From Candidatus Bathyarchaeum tardum (lineage in GTDB: Archaea; Thermoproteota; Bathyarchaeia; Bathyarchaeales; Bathyarchaeaceae), in the NCBI GenBank assembly GCA_024650005.2, contig CP122380.1:32001-96000 (forward strand): a stretch of 64,000 nt of DNA, read 5' to 3'. Under the pieces are notes generated by a model that saw only the letters and a program-made list of their open reading frames with translations, had not been told where the DNA came from and did not search any database. The translations under genes and the position numbers were made by a program. Positions 1-10,062 of the stretch are shown one piece after another. Numbering within the stretch: the stretch's first letter is position 1; the number at the start of each line of letters is the position of its first letter.

Positions 1-647
1 GGAATCATATGACCAAAGGCTAATTCATTGTTTAGAGCAAGTTTTGTGAACTTTTTGTTATAATGAGGACCACCAATCCCCACTACTGCAGAACAGTTGG
101 AGCATTCACAGACGGCAGCAACTGCTGCATCTGCTACAACTTTAGCAGCTTCAACATCAACCCATTGCTTCGGTGAACTGCCCAATTCCACAAACATAGA
201 CGAAAAAGGTAAAGAGGGACCATGATGGGTGCACTCGTAAGAAACTTCGTAGTCCAACTTTGTTTCGTTTACTTGTTTTGCCATCTCAGAAAGAGCATTT
301 TTCATTGCTCCTGCGGGAGAGATGGAAACCGTATTGGGTTTTCCACCAAATTTTGCATCCGACAAATTTCCAGAAGTATGAACAGACAAGGTAGGAATAC
401 CCGATGTGCTGCTGTGCCGAGAAAGAAAAATCATTAATTCAGGGTTAACTAGGGCGTCTAAAAATTGTGTATTTACAATTTCATTGTCAACAAAAAGCAG
501 TTTGGTTTCTTTGTTATGCAGTGTTTTTGAGTAAACAGGGTTATTTTGGAAGTGTTCTGAAAGTTTCTCAAAACTGTAGTTTTCTATTAGGTGGTTTGCG
601 ATGTTCATTCCGGCTGTGTCTTGTTTTGAAGCTATGAAAAGTATCAA
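1..647 (-). CDS. dtdA: D-aminoacyl-tRNA deacylase (archaeal DTD2/GEK1 family), 3' end outside window
   Basis: Read by hand, not in the ORF track. TTG start at 647, MILFIASKQDTAGMNIA; family motifs SRH, ECTHHGPS, FVELGS, GIGGPHY, FGHMIP. Confidence 0.9.
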   Translation of the reverse strand, partial: MILFIASKQDTAGMNIANHLIENYSFEKLSEHFQNNPVYSKTLHNKETKLLFVDNEIVNTQFLDALVNPELMIFLSRHSSTSGIPTLSVHTSGNLSDAKFGGKPNTVSISPAGAMKNALSEMAKQVNETKLDYEVSYECTHHGPSLPFSSMFVELGSSPKQWVDVEAAKVVADAAVAAVCECSNCSAVVGIGGPHYNKKFTKLALNNELAFGHMI

Positions 648-881
648 CGTTGTGTCGTCCTTGAAGGGTATTGTAAAAGATTGAAAGATTAAGGTTGTTA
701 TAAGAATCCATGAAAATGTTTATTTGCGTTGGAGACCAGTTTACCCTTTATCAAAAGGTTTAGATTTAGCGGTATATTTTTTTGGAGCAAATTGTCTATA
801 ATTTAGATATAGAAAAAGCTACCATCACCGCTTATATTAAACGCCCACAAAATTAGGAGTTATTGCTGATTAGGAGTAAAC

Positions 882-1205
882 ATGTTGAAAAAAATCCGAA
901 TAAAGCGATATCCTCCTCGTAACTTCCCAGTAAAATCCCTGTGGGAAATAGTAGCAGCTCCTCCAAAATCAGAACAAGACACTGAATTCATGATGCTCTA
1001 TAAAGCAAACCCAAAACACCCAGCAATCATAGAAGAAATGACTGAAGTCGTAGAGTTTGAAGTTAATGAAAAAGCCTTCGGCGAACTTATGTGGCTCTTC
1101 AAAAAATATCAAGTCCCCTGTAGACCCATCGAAGAAGGCATAGAGATCAAACACACTGGACCAAAATCCAACTGTGTTAACGACAAAAAATTTGAAAACC
1201 CCTAA
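882..1205 (+). CDS. hypothetical protein (107 aa)
   Basis: ATG preceded by AGGAG; fills the gap between dtdA and polB; no recognised motif. Confidence 0.6.
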   Translation: MLKKIRIKRYPPRNFPVKSLWEIVAAPPKSEQDTEFMMLYKANPKHPAIIEEMTEVVEFEVNEKAFGELMWLFKKYQVPCRPIEEGIEIKHTGPKSNCVNDKKFENP

Positions 1206-1228
1206 TTTTTTGGGGAAGCATCTACTTT

Positions 1229-3901
1229 TTACATGAAACGGAAAAGTTTTGTCAATCCGATAATTTCTTCAAAATCCAGACCTAACGCGTCAAGAATCTG
1301 ATCAAACGTCGATTGTAGATACGAAACATATTTGTCTACATCGACTTCACTGTTTGTGGCTATTTGAACAGGCTTAACACCTTTCATGACCTTAACGTAA
1401 CTTATGAGGTCTCCAGTTTTCAGCTCGTAACCCATTTTTTCTAACTCACGTCCCGCTTTTACATGCTGAGGAGTAGTTTTTTTGTAGTCCGCTAAGGGTT
1501 TTCCCAAAACAACATGAAACGCCAGATCGTCAGGAGTTTCCCCCCATTTTCGTTTCTTCAAACAATTGTAACGGTCTCGGATGAGTTGTTTAATCTCCTT
1601 TTTCGCCTCTTCGAACTCTGCGGGGTTTTGTACCTTTTGAAGGCGTTCTTCAAGCTCGTAAAAGGCTTTTTTAATGAATGGAGGAATGTGGCGTTTCTTT
1701 CCAGTCATTCCTTTTACGTCAACGCCTCCGCCTTTCAAGATTCCAAGATAATTCTTTTTACGGGAACTAAAAACAGCGTATCGGTACCATTTTTCAACTT
1801 CAAGTTCCATGCCCATCTTTGTTATGGACCAATCTGCCAGAACTTTTACCTGTTCAGGAGAAGGATTTTTCAAAAAGACGCTGTCTGTGTCGCCATACAG
1901 AACTTCCACATCTAAGGACTTGGCTTTGTCGATGGTTTGAGTGATAACGTGTCTGCCGATTGCTGCGGTGGCTTCTGCTACAGGGGGACAATATAAACCA
2001 AAAGCAGGTGAGCCAAAAACACCATAACTTGCGTTCAAAACGACTTTAAGGGCACTTGGAATAACAGCGTACCAGCTTTGAACATGTTGGGGCAAAGTTT
2101 TGTCTTTTGCTTTTTGTTTATACCATTTAACCCGAAGGTCACGAAGTGAACCAATCAGCAAGCTTTCTAGTGCCTTGTTTTTGGTGCATATCCAGTGAGT
2201 TGTTTCTGGAACCTTGTTTTGTTTACATTCTTCGTGGTTGCAAAGCAAAGTTTGGTAGCCCAGATTGTAAACTTTAATGATCGACGGATACAGACTAGCA
2301 AAGTCCATAACTGCCACGTTAAAGTGGACACCAGGAACAGGGTCAACAACTATTGCACCCTTGTATTTCTTGCCTTTAATCATAGCAGTTGTTGTAGTTC
2401 CACCTTTGAGGGCAAGGATGTCTGAGTCATTTGGAATAAGCATGTTTCGCTGACGATGCTCATGATACAAAAAGTTCCGAATCCACCGAGAAACTCCTTG
2501 CCGGCTTACATCTTCCATGGGCATGTGAGAAATTCTGGACATTGCTAAAATCAGTTTCATGACTAAGTTGTCATTAAACGCAGTTAAATCAAAGGTGATT
2601 TCTGAGTCTCGCAGGTTATATTCAGCTAATTCGGTGTAACTTAGCTCAGAAAATGCTTTTTCATGTTCAATTTTTGGAAGTTCTAAAAGGGCAGTACCGA
2701 TTGCATCAAGGGTCATGTCCCGATATTTGTTGCCAAAAGCGTAAATTTGGATTGAACGATTAAAGAAGAACTTGTAAAGGTCAATATGAACACCATGGGT
2801 AAACGAGCAGGTTCTTCTGCCTACTTCGATGGGAATTTGTGTTCTGTCTATTCCAAGGTTTTTTGCCCGATTATACAGAAACGGTAGGTCAAAGTCGTCA
2901 CCATTGAAAGTTAAAACAAAGGGATATTCAACGGTTGCCTCAAACACTTTTTGAAGTAACTCTTTTTCGTCATCAAAATAGGTAACCAAAGCGTCATCAG
3001 GCAGTTTTCTGTCACCGTGTTCAATTCCTTCGCGCTTCAAAAGGAACAACTGTTTTTTGCGCTCTGAACCATACAAAGCAACACAAACAATAGGGTCAGT
3101 AGCTTTTTGGGGATCAGGAACCCGAGTGGCAACCGCTGAAGCGACTTCTATATCTAATCCGACACGTTTAAAATCAGGTGCGGGTGACTCAAGTAAACGC
3201 GCCCACATTTCTACTGTGTCTAAAAACTGTTTGTCTACACCAGAAAACTTGTCAAGAATCTGCTTGATGGTTTCTTCAGACGATTTCTGTATTACCCGAA
3301 CAAGATTTCCGTCTTCTATTTTGTACAACATCCCTATGGCAATGTTTTTGTCATAAATGTAAGACTGATAATATCGAATAAATGACTCCCAAACTTTAGG
3401 AGGCTCTTCAATACCTGTTAGGGCTTGATACGCATCGGGAATTATGTCCCTTAAACAACCGCTTTGTCGTCCACCAATGGCGAGGGGGTCTTTGGCGACG
3501 ACCTTTGTTACGGTAACCAGTTTGTCTTGAAGAGAGTCATATTTTTCAACAGTTTCCACATGGTCATATCCAATATGGGATGTTACTCCACCGAGTTTTT
3601 CAACCTCTTCGGGAGCAAGACTGGTTAAAAGGTAAGGCTTGTGACCAGTGTTGTCGTACCAAAAATAGATTCTTTTGGAAACAGGCTCATACAATGAAAG
3701 TTTGGCTAATGCTTTTTTGCCGTCATAGGAAACAGACACAAGATACGACGGGGGTAAATTTTCTGGAAAATCTGGATAAACAACAGGTTCTTTCTCTGCT
3801 GAATCTTGTAGGAGTTCTTCAATCACTTGGATTTGAGTTGATTGAGGTTTTTTCTTTTTAGGAACATCTCCGAACGCCAATAAAGAACTCTGCGTAGCCA
3901 T
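1229..3901 (-). CDS. polB1: family B DNA polymerase, TACK PolB1 type
   Basis: Exonuclease motifs DIEV, FNGDDFD, YNLRD; polymerase motifs DFASLYPSII, KVVLNASYG, YGDTDS; N-terminal DNTGHKPY as in crenarchaeal PolB1. Confidence 0.95.
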   Translation of the reverse strand: MATQSSLLAFGDVPKKKKPQSTQIQVIEELLQDSAEKEPVVYPDFPENLPPSYLVSVSYDGKKALAKLSLYEPVSKRIYFWYDNTGHKPYLLTSLAPEEVEKLGGVTSHIGYDHVETVEKYDSLQDKLVTVTKVVAKDPLAIGGRQSGCLRDIIPDAYQALTGIEEPPKVWESFIRYYQSYIYDKNIAIGMLYKIEDGNLVRVIQKSSEETIKQILDKFSGVDKQFLDTVEMWARLLESPAPDFKRVGLDIEVASAVATRVPDPQKATDPIVCVALYGSERKKQLFLLKREGIEHGDRKLPDDALVTYFDDEKELLQKVFEATVEYPFVLTFNGDDFDLPFLYNRAKNLGIDRTQIPIEVGRRTCSFTHGVHIDLYKFFFNRSIQIYAFGNKYRDMTLDAIGTALLELPKIEHEKAFSELSYTELAEYNLRDSEITFDLTAFNDNLVMKLILAMSRISHMPMEDVSRQGVSRWIRNFLYHEHRQRNMLIPNDSDILALKGGTTTTAMIKGKKYKGAIVVDPVPGVHFNVAVMDFASLYPSIIKVYNLGYQTLLCNHEECKQNKVPETTHWICTKNKALESLLIGSLRDLRVKWYKQKAKDKTLPQHVQSWYAVIPSALKVVLNASYGVFGSPAFGLYCPPVAEATAAIGRHVITQTIDKAKSLDVEVLYGDTDSVFLKNPSPEQVKVLADWSITKMGMELEVEKWYRYAVFSSRKKNYLGILKGGGVDVKGMTGKKRHIPPFIKKAFYELEERLQKVQNPAEFEEAKKEIKQLIRDRYNCLKKRKWGETPDDLAFHVVLGKPLADYKKTTPQHVKAGRELEKMGYELKTGDLISYVKVMKGVKPVQIATNSEVDVDKYVSYLQSTFDQILDALGLDFEEIIGLTKLFRFM

Positions 3902-3965
3902 TTTTGCTCATGTCCGTTAAGGGTATATTCCTGATGCCTACTAAAAAAAGCATTTGATACAACAA

Positions 3966-4109
3966 TTAAGGTCTAACACATTCAGCTTTAGACCGGAAAG
4001 GACGTTTACGTTTTGGTTTACTGTGTTTATCACAGCGTTTAACACAAACCATAATGCCTTCCTCAATCTCGTAAACGCAACCACAAAGATCCTTTCCTTG
4101 TTCAACCAA
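3966..4109 (-). CDS. putative small Cys-rich protein (47 aa)
   Basis: Read by hand: TTG start, MVEQGKDLCGCVYEIEEGIMVCVKRCDKHSKPKRKRPFRSKAECVRP; purine-rich GAAGATGTGGA upstream; co-oriented with polB. Confidence 0.5.
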   Translation of the reverse strand: MVEQGKDLCGCVYEIEEGIMVCVKRCDKHSKPKRKRPFRSKAECVRP

Positions 4110-4196
4110 CGCTAATCCACATCTTCAGTATTTGTAGTTAAACTTCCAGATATAAAATGTTTCAAAAGGTCTCCAACTCCGAACATATCAGGAAAC

Positions 4197-4253
4197 TAAT
4201 AGTAGTTCTATGTTGAAAACAACCTTTTTTTTGAAAACCAAAAGAAACAAAAA
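4197..4253 (-). repeat. dispersed intergenic repeat, copy A
   Basis: Minus strand TTTGGTTTTCAAAAAAAAGGTTGTTTTCAACATAGAACTACTATTA (4242-4197); 39/46 ungapped identity to 25923-25968. Confidence 0.8.
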
Positions 4254-4260
4254 GCCTTCT

Positions 4261-5286
4261 TTAGAGCTCAGACAACACGCCCATATCTACAACACAGAAC
4301 CGCTGAAACCCTTTTTTGCCAAATTTTTCGGCCAATTTCTTACAATAAACGTGCAATGCATTTAGAACATCTAACCCCCCGATTTTGTTTTCAAAAGACA
4401 TGCTCATAACCCAGCCTTTGTTTCGAAGATACCCAGTGCCAGTAATCAAATCTGCAATTTTTACTCCCTTTAATGCAACACGCTCACAATTTACTCCAAA
4501 TTTTAACAATTCTTTAAAGACTACACCTTGAGCAAAACTCCAAATTGCTAACTGTTTTTCGGTTCCACGATTATCAAGGTAAGTTTTAGAGTCAACAACA
4601 ATCTGTGAACTTTCTGGATTCAATTTGCCGTTTTCACCAAATATCCAAAGAAATCTCAGAACATGAGTTCTTTGCTTTTCAAGAGTGTAGTGCTGAGCAA
4701 AAGTATCAGTGTCCCGTAACCCGAAAGAAGAATTCCAGAGTTTTTCAAGTAACTTGTGAACTTGTTTGAAAGAGTCCACTTCGGCTACAGGCAAATTTTT
4801 GGGAAACTCGACTAACTTGGTTTTTGTCATTACTTTTGGGGGTTCAACAAATTCATTTGATTTTAAAGAAGCCCGCAGGGCAGGTAATCGGCGCAAACCT
4901 TCAAAGGGTTCAACAAACCGAAAATAATCTACGTCAGACAAAGACTCACCAAGTTTAGTTTCGATAACTTCACGGTTCCATACATCTGCAGTTCCCTTCA
5001 GGGTATCGCAAGGAAACTTGGAACAGTAACCACAGTTTTTTATGCCTGCTTTGTCAACACACTGACGAATCAAACATTTTCTGCTAGGCAACTTTGACGT
5101 TTTCGGAATCTGCGCATCTGGAATTTGACAAGTTACACAAGCGGTCCTAATCGGCGTATACCCCAAAACCTGTTTAGCACGAACCTTAAACTCATCAAAC
5201 TCTTCAGCAGACATATTCTGCCGAGGAAAAGGTCCCCAAGGACAGGTGCCACAATCAATACCACATTTAGAAATCAAATTAGACAA
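4261..5286 (-). CDS. DUF3795-like Cys-rich domain protein
   Basis: CGIDCGTCP...CVTC...CLIRQCVDKAGIKNCGYCSKFPC pattern; probable TTG start at 5286 (the track start at 5340 lies in a T-rich terminator tract). Confidence 0.75.
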   Translation of the reverse strand: MSNLISKCGIDCGTCPWGPFPRQNMSAEEFDEFKVRAKQVLGYTPIRTACVTCQIPDAQIPKTSKLPSRKCLIRQCVDKAGIKNCGYCSKFPCDTLKGTADVWNREVIETKLGESLSDVDYFRFVEPFEGLRRLPALRASLKSNEFVEPPKVMTKTKLVEFPKNLPVAEVDSFKQVHKLLEKLWNSSFGLRDTDTFAQHYTLEKQRTHVLRFLWIFGENGKLNPESSQIVVDSKTYLDNRGTEKQLAIWSFAQGVVFKELLKFGVNCERVALKGVKIADLITGTGYLRNKGWVMSMSFENKIGGLDVLNALHVYCKKLAEKFGKKGFQRFCVVDMGVLSEL

Positions 5287-5342
5287 AATATACCCCTTTA
5301 AGAAAAAAGAAAAGGAAAAATAAAAAAATTTTGATGCCAAAC

Positions 5343-7091
5343 CTACTTGTGGGCAAAATATGCAGTCAAGTTGTTGGTAACTGCGTCAACTCGCACAAAA
5401 CCAAACCGCTGAAACTGCACAACCTCATCAAGTTTCAACTTTTTGCATGCATCTTCGGCGACACCTTCAACAACAGAAGCGTCAGGCATCACAACTTCAC
5501 AAGGAATTCCACTGTCAACAGGAAGCCAATGAACCAAAGGAGCAGACAGCTTTCTTGCCTCTTCGTATGATTCATTGTGAAACACCGCTTGAACATTATT
5601 TTCTGCAATTTTTTGTACAGTGAAATTAAAAAGGTCCATGAAACGAACTGCAGGTTTGCCCTTTAGCAGACTTAAGTCATTTTTTGAAATCAGAAAAGTT
5701 GCTGTGCCATTTTTTGGAGCAACATCAAAGGTTCTGAAACCCATCTCCGAGTGATCGGGGTGCACGGGAATTTTGGCTGAATAACTGGATGGAATGCCAG
5801 TTACCGTAATTTTGATTGGGTCAGATACAAAGAAGAACCGTTTAGCAGTTGGGTCAACAAGTTTTCTGTTATGGGCATACAAGTTTTTCCAGCTCAGAAC
5901 TACATCTTGAGGTTTTGGACCCACGTCAATTATTAGACTTTGAATAGCTTCTGGTTGGATTCCACGCTTTTTCAACGCTGCAAGAGTAGCAAGGCGGGGG
6001 TCGTCCCAGTGTTTGTAAAGTCCATTTTCCATGCCTTTTACAATTTCTGATTTACTAAGTGACGCTCCAGTAATTTTGAGCCTGCCATAATGAATGGTTT
6101 CAGGATAGTCCCATCCAAAATGCTTGAACATGTATTCTTGCCGAGCCTGATTGGTCAGATGCTCTTTGCCACGGATTATGTGGGTTATTCCCATCAGGTG
6201 ATCGTCAATTCCAGTAGAAAAATTGTAAAGAGGCCAAACACGGTACTTGCTTCCCACTCGAGGATGAGGATACTTTACAGTATCAACAATACGCAAAGCA
6301 GGCCAATCCCGAACCGCAGGATTAGGATGACCTAACTCAGTTTTCACACGCACTACTGCGTCTCCTTCGTTGTAGATGCCAGCTAACATTTTGTTCCAAC
6401 GAACCAAATTTTCGTCTGCAGGCAATATTCTGCACGGACAAGGATGACCTGCGTGGGATTTTTCGCGAAAAACTTCCCGCTCACAATTACAAACATAAGC
6501 ATTACCTGCGTTAATTAGCTCTTCAGCATGCTCATAATAGATTGGCAACCTGTCGCTTTGGATAAATTCTGAGTCCCATTTACAACCCAACCAATCCATA
6601 TCGTGCCGGACGCCATCATAAAACTCAAGTTTTGGCTTTTTGGTTTTTGTGTCTGTGTCCTCAAAACGAAGAATAAAACTTCCATCATACATTTTGGCGT
6701 AATCATAACTAAGCAAGATAGCTCTGGCAGAACCCAAATGCAAAACAAAATCGGGGTTTGGAGAAAAACGGGTAACCACCTTTTTGTATTTTTTAACGTT
6801 AGGCAAAGGAGGAAGCTGTTTGATTTCTTCAACTTTTTCTTCAACTAAAGTTTCAGGCCAGTTATCTGCTACAATCGCTTTTTGTTCAGCTAAAGTCATT
6901 GAATTGATTTTTTGGACAATTTCGTTGATTATGGATCCGATTTCTTTCACGTTTTTTCGGAATTCAGGATACTCTCCCAAAAGTTTGCTGAAAATGGGTT
7001 TGGGGGTTGCTTTTCCATCATAACGAACAGCGTTCAACAACACAATTTTGTTAATTATTTCTCGGGTTTGTTTTTCGTCGGGTGGGTTCAA
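5343..7091 (-). CDS. gltX: glutamate--tRNA ligase
   Basis: RFSPNP..HLGS (HIGH-like), LRFEDTD, THIIRGKEH, LSKS, QFQRFGFVRVD. Confidence 0.97.
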   Translation of the reverse strand: MNPPDEKQTREIINKIVLLNAVRYDGKATPKPIFSKLLGEYPEFRKNVKEIGSIINEIVQKINSMTLAEQKAIVADNWPETLVEEKVEEIKQLPPLPNVKKYKKVVTRFSPNPDFVLHLGSARAILLSYDYAKMYDGSFILRFEDTDTKTKKPKLEFYDGVRHDMDWLGCKWDSEFIQSDRLPIYYEHAEELINAGNAYVCNCEREVFREKSHAGHPCPCRILPADENLVRWNKMLAGIYNEGDAVVRVKTELGHPNPAVRDWPALRIVDTVKYPHPRVGSKYRVWPLYNFSTGIDDHLMGITHIIRGKEHLTNQARQEYMFKHFGWDYPETIHYGRLKITGASLSKSEIVKGMENGLYKHWDDPRLATLAALKKRGIQPEAIQSLIIDVGPKPQDVVLSWKNLYAHNRKLVDPTAKRFFFVSDPIKITVTGIPSSYSAKIPVHPDHSEMGFRTFDVAPKNGTATFLISKNDLSLLKGKPAVRFMDLFNFTVQKIAENNVQAVFHNESYEEARKLSAPLVHWLPVDSGIPCEVVMPDASVVEGVAEDACKKLKLDEVVQFQRFGFVRVDAVTNNLTAYFAHK

Positions 7092-7106
7092 AGTGGACCA
7101 CTTAAC

Positions 7107-8108
7107 TTAGTTTTGTCTGTCAAAAATCAGGTCAGCTAGGCTTAATAGGTCTTCTTTATCTGCACAATCAGGAAACTTGGCTAAGACCTTCTTGCATTTA
7201 GTAATATACTTGTCTGCCATTTTTTTGGCATAAGAAATGGCACCCAAAGAATCAATCAACCCAATTGTTTCTTTAATCTGGTCAGCAGAAGCGTTTTTAT
7301 TTCCCAAAGTTTCCAAAATCTTTTGACGCTGAGTTTTGGAGGCTTTCTTAAGAGCATAAACAACCATTAAGGTTCGTTTGCCTTCTCGGATGTCGTTTCC
7401 AACAGGCTTTTTGAGAACTTTTTCATCTGCAGTCAAAGCCAAAACATCGTCAATAACCTGAAAAGCAATACCCGCATAGCGCCCAAACTCGCCCAACCGT
7501 TTAACTTGTGTTTTGGTTGCGCCACCAATTATTCCTCCACATCGAGCTGAGGTTTCAAAAAGTGCAGCGGTTTTGCCTTCAATCATTTCAAAGTATTCAG
7601 CTTCTGTAACTGTTTCGTTATCTTCAAAGAGTATATCACGGGTTTGTCCTTCACACAAAACTATCGTTGCTTCGCTAAGTTCTTGCAAAATGTGCAAAAT
7701 ACGTTTAGGTGTCACATTTTTTTGGTCTGTGTTTTTTGTGATTACCTCAAAAACCTTGGCAAACAACAAGTCTCCAGCAACAATAGCAATGGGCACACCA
7801 TATTTGGTGTGAACACTGGGAACTCCCCGACGTTTTTCGTCTTGGTCCATTATGTCGTCATGCAAAAGAGTGAAAGTATGAAGCAATTCCATGGACGAAG
7901 CCGTTGCTATTGCGTCTTGTTCCTTTCCGCCTACTAGACTGCAAGTTTTCAAAACAAGAAAAGGACGTAAGCGTTTTCCACCAGCGTCAATTATGTGCCG
8001 GGAAGCTTGGTACAAAACCTTGGGTTCAGCTTCAATGTCTACTACCGTTTCGATAAATTTGTTTACTTTTTGGGCTGAATCAGATATTTGAGTTGATAAT
8101 GGGCTCAC
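7107..8108 (-). CDS. gds: geranylgeranyl diphosphate synthase (short-chain polyprenyl synthase)
   Basis: GGKRLRP, LLHDDIMDQDEKRRG (FARM), GQ, KT, FQVIDD (SARM), DIREGK. Confidence 0.92.
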   Translation of the reverse strand: MSPLSTQISDSAQKVNKFIETVVDIEAEPKVLYQASRHIIDAGGKRLRPFLVLKTCSLVGGKEQDAIATASSMELLHTFTLLHDDIMDQDEKRRGVPSVHTKYGVPIAIVAGDLLFAKVFEVITKNTDQKNVTPKRILHILQELSEATIVLCEGQTRDILFEDNETVTEAEYFEMIEGKTAALFETSARCGGIIGGATKTQVKRLGEFGRYAGIAFQVIDDVLALTADEKVLKKPVGNDIREGKRTLMVVYALKKASKTQRQKILETLGNKNASADQIKETIGLIDSLGAISYAKKMADKYITKCKKVLAKFPDCADKEDLLSLADLIFDRQN

Positions 8109-9205
8109 AATTTTCTCCTCGCATAAGTTTTAGGTTTAATGCCACGTGCCCGTAACCACTCAGCAGTTTTGCCAGTTAACACAACTGGAACATTCTGGAG
8201 TTTTTGAACTGAACTGGCACCCACAAGGAACATGGCATTTTTCACTTCCTCAACAAAATACATGAGTGCCTTTTTAACGTCTTCTGAATCTTTTGTAGCG
8301 GGACCCAGAAACGGAAAAGTTGCACTTGTCAAACTTGCCCCCAGTGCCAAAGATTTTACCACATCTACTCCAGTTCTTATTCCACCCGAGGCGATTACAG
8401 GCAAATTAACAGAATTTACTGTCTCTACAAGACTAACTGCAGAGGGTATACCCCAGTCCCAGAAAGTTTCCCCAAGTTTTTGACTAGACCCATCGTTACG
8501 AGCCTTAGCACGGAAATACTCTACACCCGCCCAGCTTGTGCCCCCAACTCCAGCAACATCAATTCCCGCAACACCAGCAGCCTCGAGCATAGCAGCATCT
8601 TCTGCCGAGACTCCGGCACCAGTTTCTTTGACGATTACGGGAACATCTAAATCTTGAACAAGCTTACGAATTTTTTGCAACAAATTAGAGTAATCAGTAT
8701 CCCCCTCAGGCTGAACAGCTTCCTGCAAAGGATTCAAATGAATTGCCAAAGCGTTGGCTTTTACCATTTCCACTGCTTTTTTTGCTTCGGCTACACCGTA
8801 TTTGTTAACTAACTGGGGACCACCAATGTTTGCCAAAACGAAAGCTGTTGGAGCTTTTTCTCGCACCACACTAAAAGAGTCCGCAACTTCAGGGTTGTCG
8901 ATTGCTATTCGTTGGCTTCCCACACCCATTCCAAGACCTAGTTCTTCAACAGCTTGGGCAATTACCGCGTTAATTCTTTTGGCTTGGGGAGTGCCTCCAG
9001 TCATGGCTCCAACAAAGAGGGGTGCAGAAAACTTGTACCCAAAAACAGTTGTTGAAAGGTTAATTTGTGCCCGGTTGATTTCAGGTAAAGCCCTGTGCAC
9101 TAGAGTAACGTCCTCAAATCCGGTAGTTACGTTTCTTGCTTGAACGTTTTCCTTTAGACTAACTTCTATGTGGTCAGCTTTTCGTTCTCCAATAATGTCA
9201 TCCAC
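8105..9205 (-). CDS. fni: type 2 isopentenyl-diphosphate delta-isomerase
   Basis: RKADHI, AMTGG, GVGSQR, HLNPLQEAVQPEGD, KETGAG, GGTSW, SGGIR. Confidence 0.96.
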   Translation of the reverse strand: MDDIIGERKADHIEVSLKENVQARNVTTGFEDVTLVHRALPEINRAQINLSTTVFGYKFSAPLFVGAMTGGTPQAKRINAVIAQAVEELGLGMGVGSQRIAIDNPEVADSFSVVREKAPTAFVLANIGGPQLVNKYGVAEAKKAVEMVKANALAIHLNPLQEAVQPEGDTDYSNLLQKIRKLVQDLDVPVIVKETGAGVSAEDAAMLEAAGVAGIDVAGVGGTSWAGVEYFRAKARNDGSSQKLGETFWDWGIPSAVSLVETVNSVNLPVIASGGIRTGVDVVKSLALGASLTSATFPFLGPATKDSEDVKKALMYFVEEVKNAMFLVGASSVQKLQNVPVVLTGKTAEWLRARGIKPKTYARRKL

Positions 9206-9211
9206 TTTTGT

Positions 9212-10009
9212 TTACCCCTTAACAATAACGGTTCCAACTACGTCTTCACCCTTAAGTGCCTTGCAGACCCTCATGGGTTTTGTGGCGTTCACAATCAACG
9301 TTTCGATTTCTTCCTCAATTGCAGGAACTAATTCACGCATCTTTCCCAGCATGCCACCCGTTACGTCAGTTGACTGCGAACCTTCTATTTCATGCTTTTC
9401 AGATTTTAATTCTTCCAAGGTAACCCGTGGAATCAGTTGAGCAGAAGAACAAGTTTTTGGATCAGCAGTGAAAAGACCATCCACATCTCCGCCCATTACA
9501 ATCCGAGAGGCATCAAAATTGATGGCTAAAGAAGAAACTAGCTGATCTCCAGAAAGAATTGCAAACCCTTTCTCAGAATCAAGAACTGCGTCACCATAAA
9601 GAACGGGGATAAGTCCCATGTCCAGCATTCGTTTAATTGGTTTTAGTTCAATAGTTTGGATTCTCCCAGATTTAGTTACCACACATGAAGACGGCTGAAC
9701 AACTACCGCGTTAACTTTGTTGTTAAACAAAGCTTCCATAACCAAACTGTTCAATTGGGTCATAGCACGGTGGGTTTCAGAAAAACCAACAATTTGTGAA
9801 GCGTCACCAAAACCGCCGGTTAGATGGTATTTTTTGGCAACAGGATGACCAAAGGAGCCGCCCCCATGAACCAAAATCAGAGAGGAAATGTTAGCTTGAG
9901 CAATTTCTTTTGCCAAACGTTCAATTGCTTCAAAATTTGGGGTGGCGGGTTTGTTTTTTTCTGTTATTACAGAACCGCCCAGCTTTAGAACAGTTGGCTT
10001 GGTTGTCAT
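9212..10009 (-). CDS. ipk: isopentenyl phosphate kinase
   Basis: KLGGSVITEK, VHGGGSFGH, LSGD, DVTGGM; ATG 10009 follows GGTGA (alternative start 10021). Confidence 0.93.
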   Translation of the reverse strand: MTTKPTVLKLGGSVITEKNKPATPNFEAIERLAKEIAQANISSLILVHGGGSFGHPVAKKYHLTGGFGDASQIVGFSETHRAMTQLNSLVMEALFNNKVNAVVVQPSSCVVTKSGRIQTIELKPIKRMLDMGLIPVLYGDAVLDSEKGFAILSGDQLVSSLAINFDASRIVMGGDVDGLFTADPKTCSSAQLIPRVTLEELKSEKHEIEGSQSTDVTGGMLGKMRELVPAIEEEIETLIVNATKPMRVCKALKGEDVVGTVIVKG

Positions 10010-10062
10010 CCTTCTCACCATTACTTTACTGTGTGAACAATAAAGGAATAAAGTTAACTGGG

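Noticed and set aside
222-437. Plus-strand 71-aa ORF and the many other short antisense ORFs in the track (e.g. 1514-1915, 8754-9143, 50375-51007)
   Set aside because: Shadow frames opposite well-supported conserved genes; no motifs.
4197-4242. GTTGAAAAC / TTGAAAAC resembling CRISPR repeat ends or attC cores
   Set aside because: No regularly spaced array, no cas or integron integrase genes, no RYYYAAC...GTTRRRY pairing; treated as a dispersed repeat.
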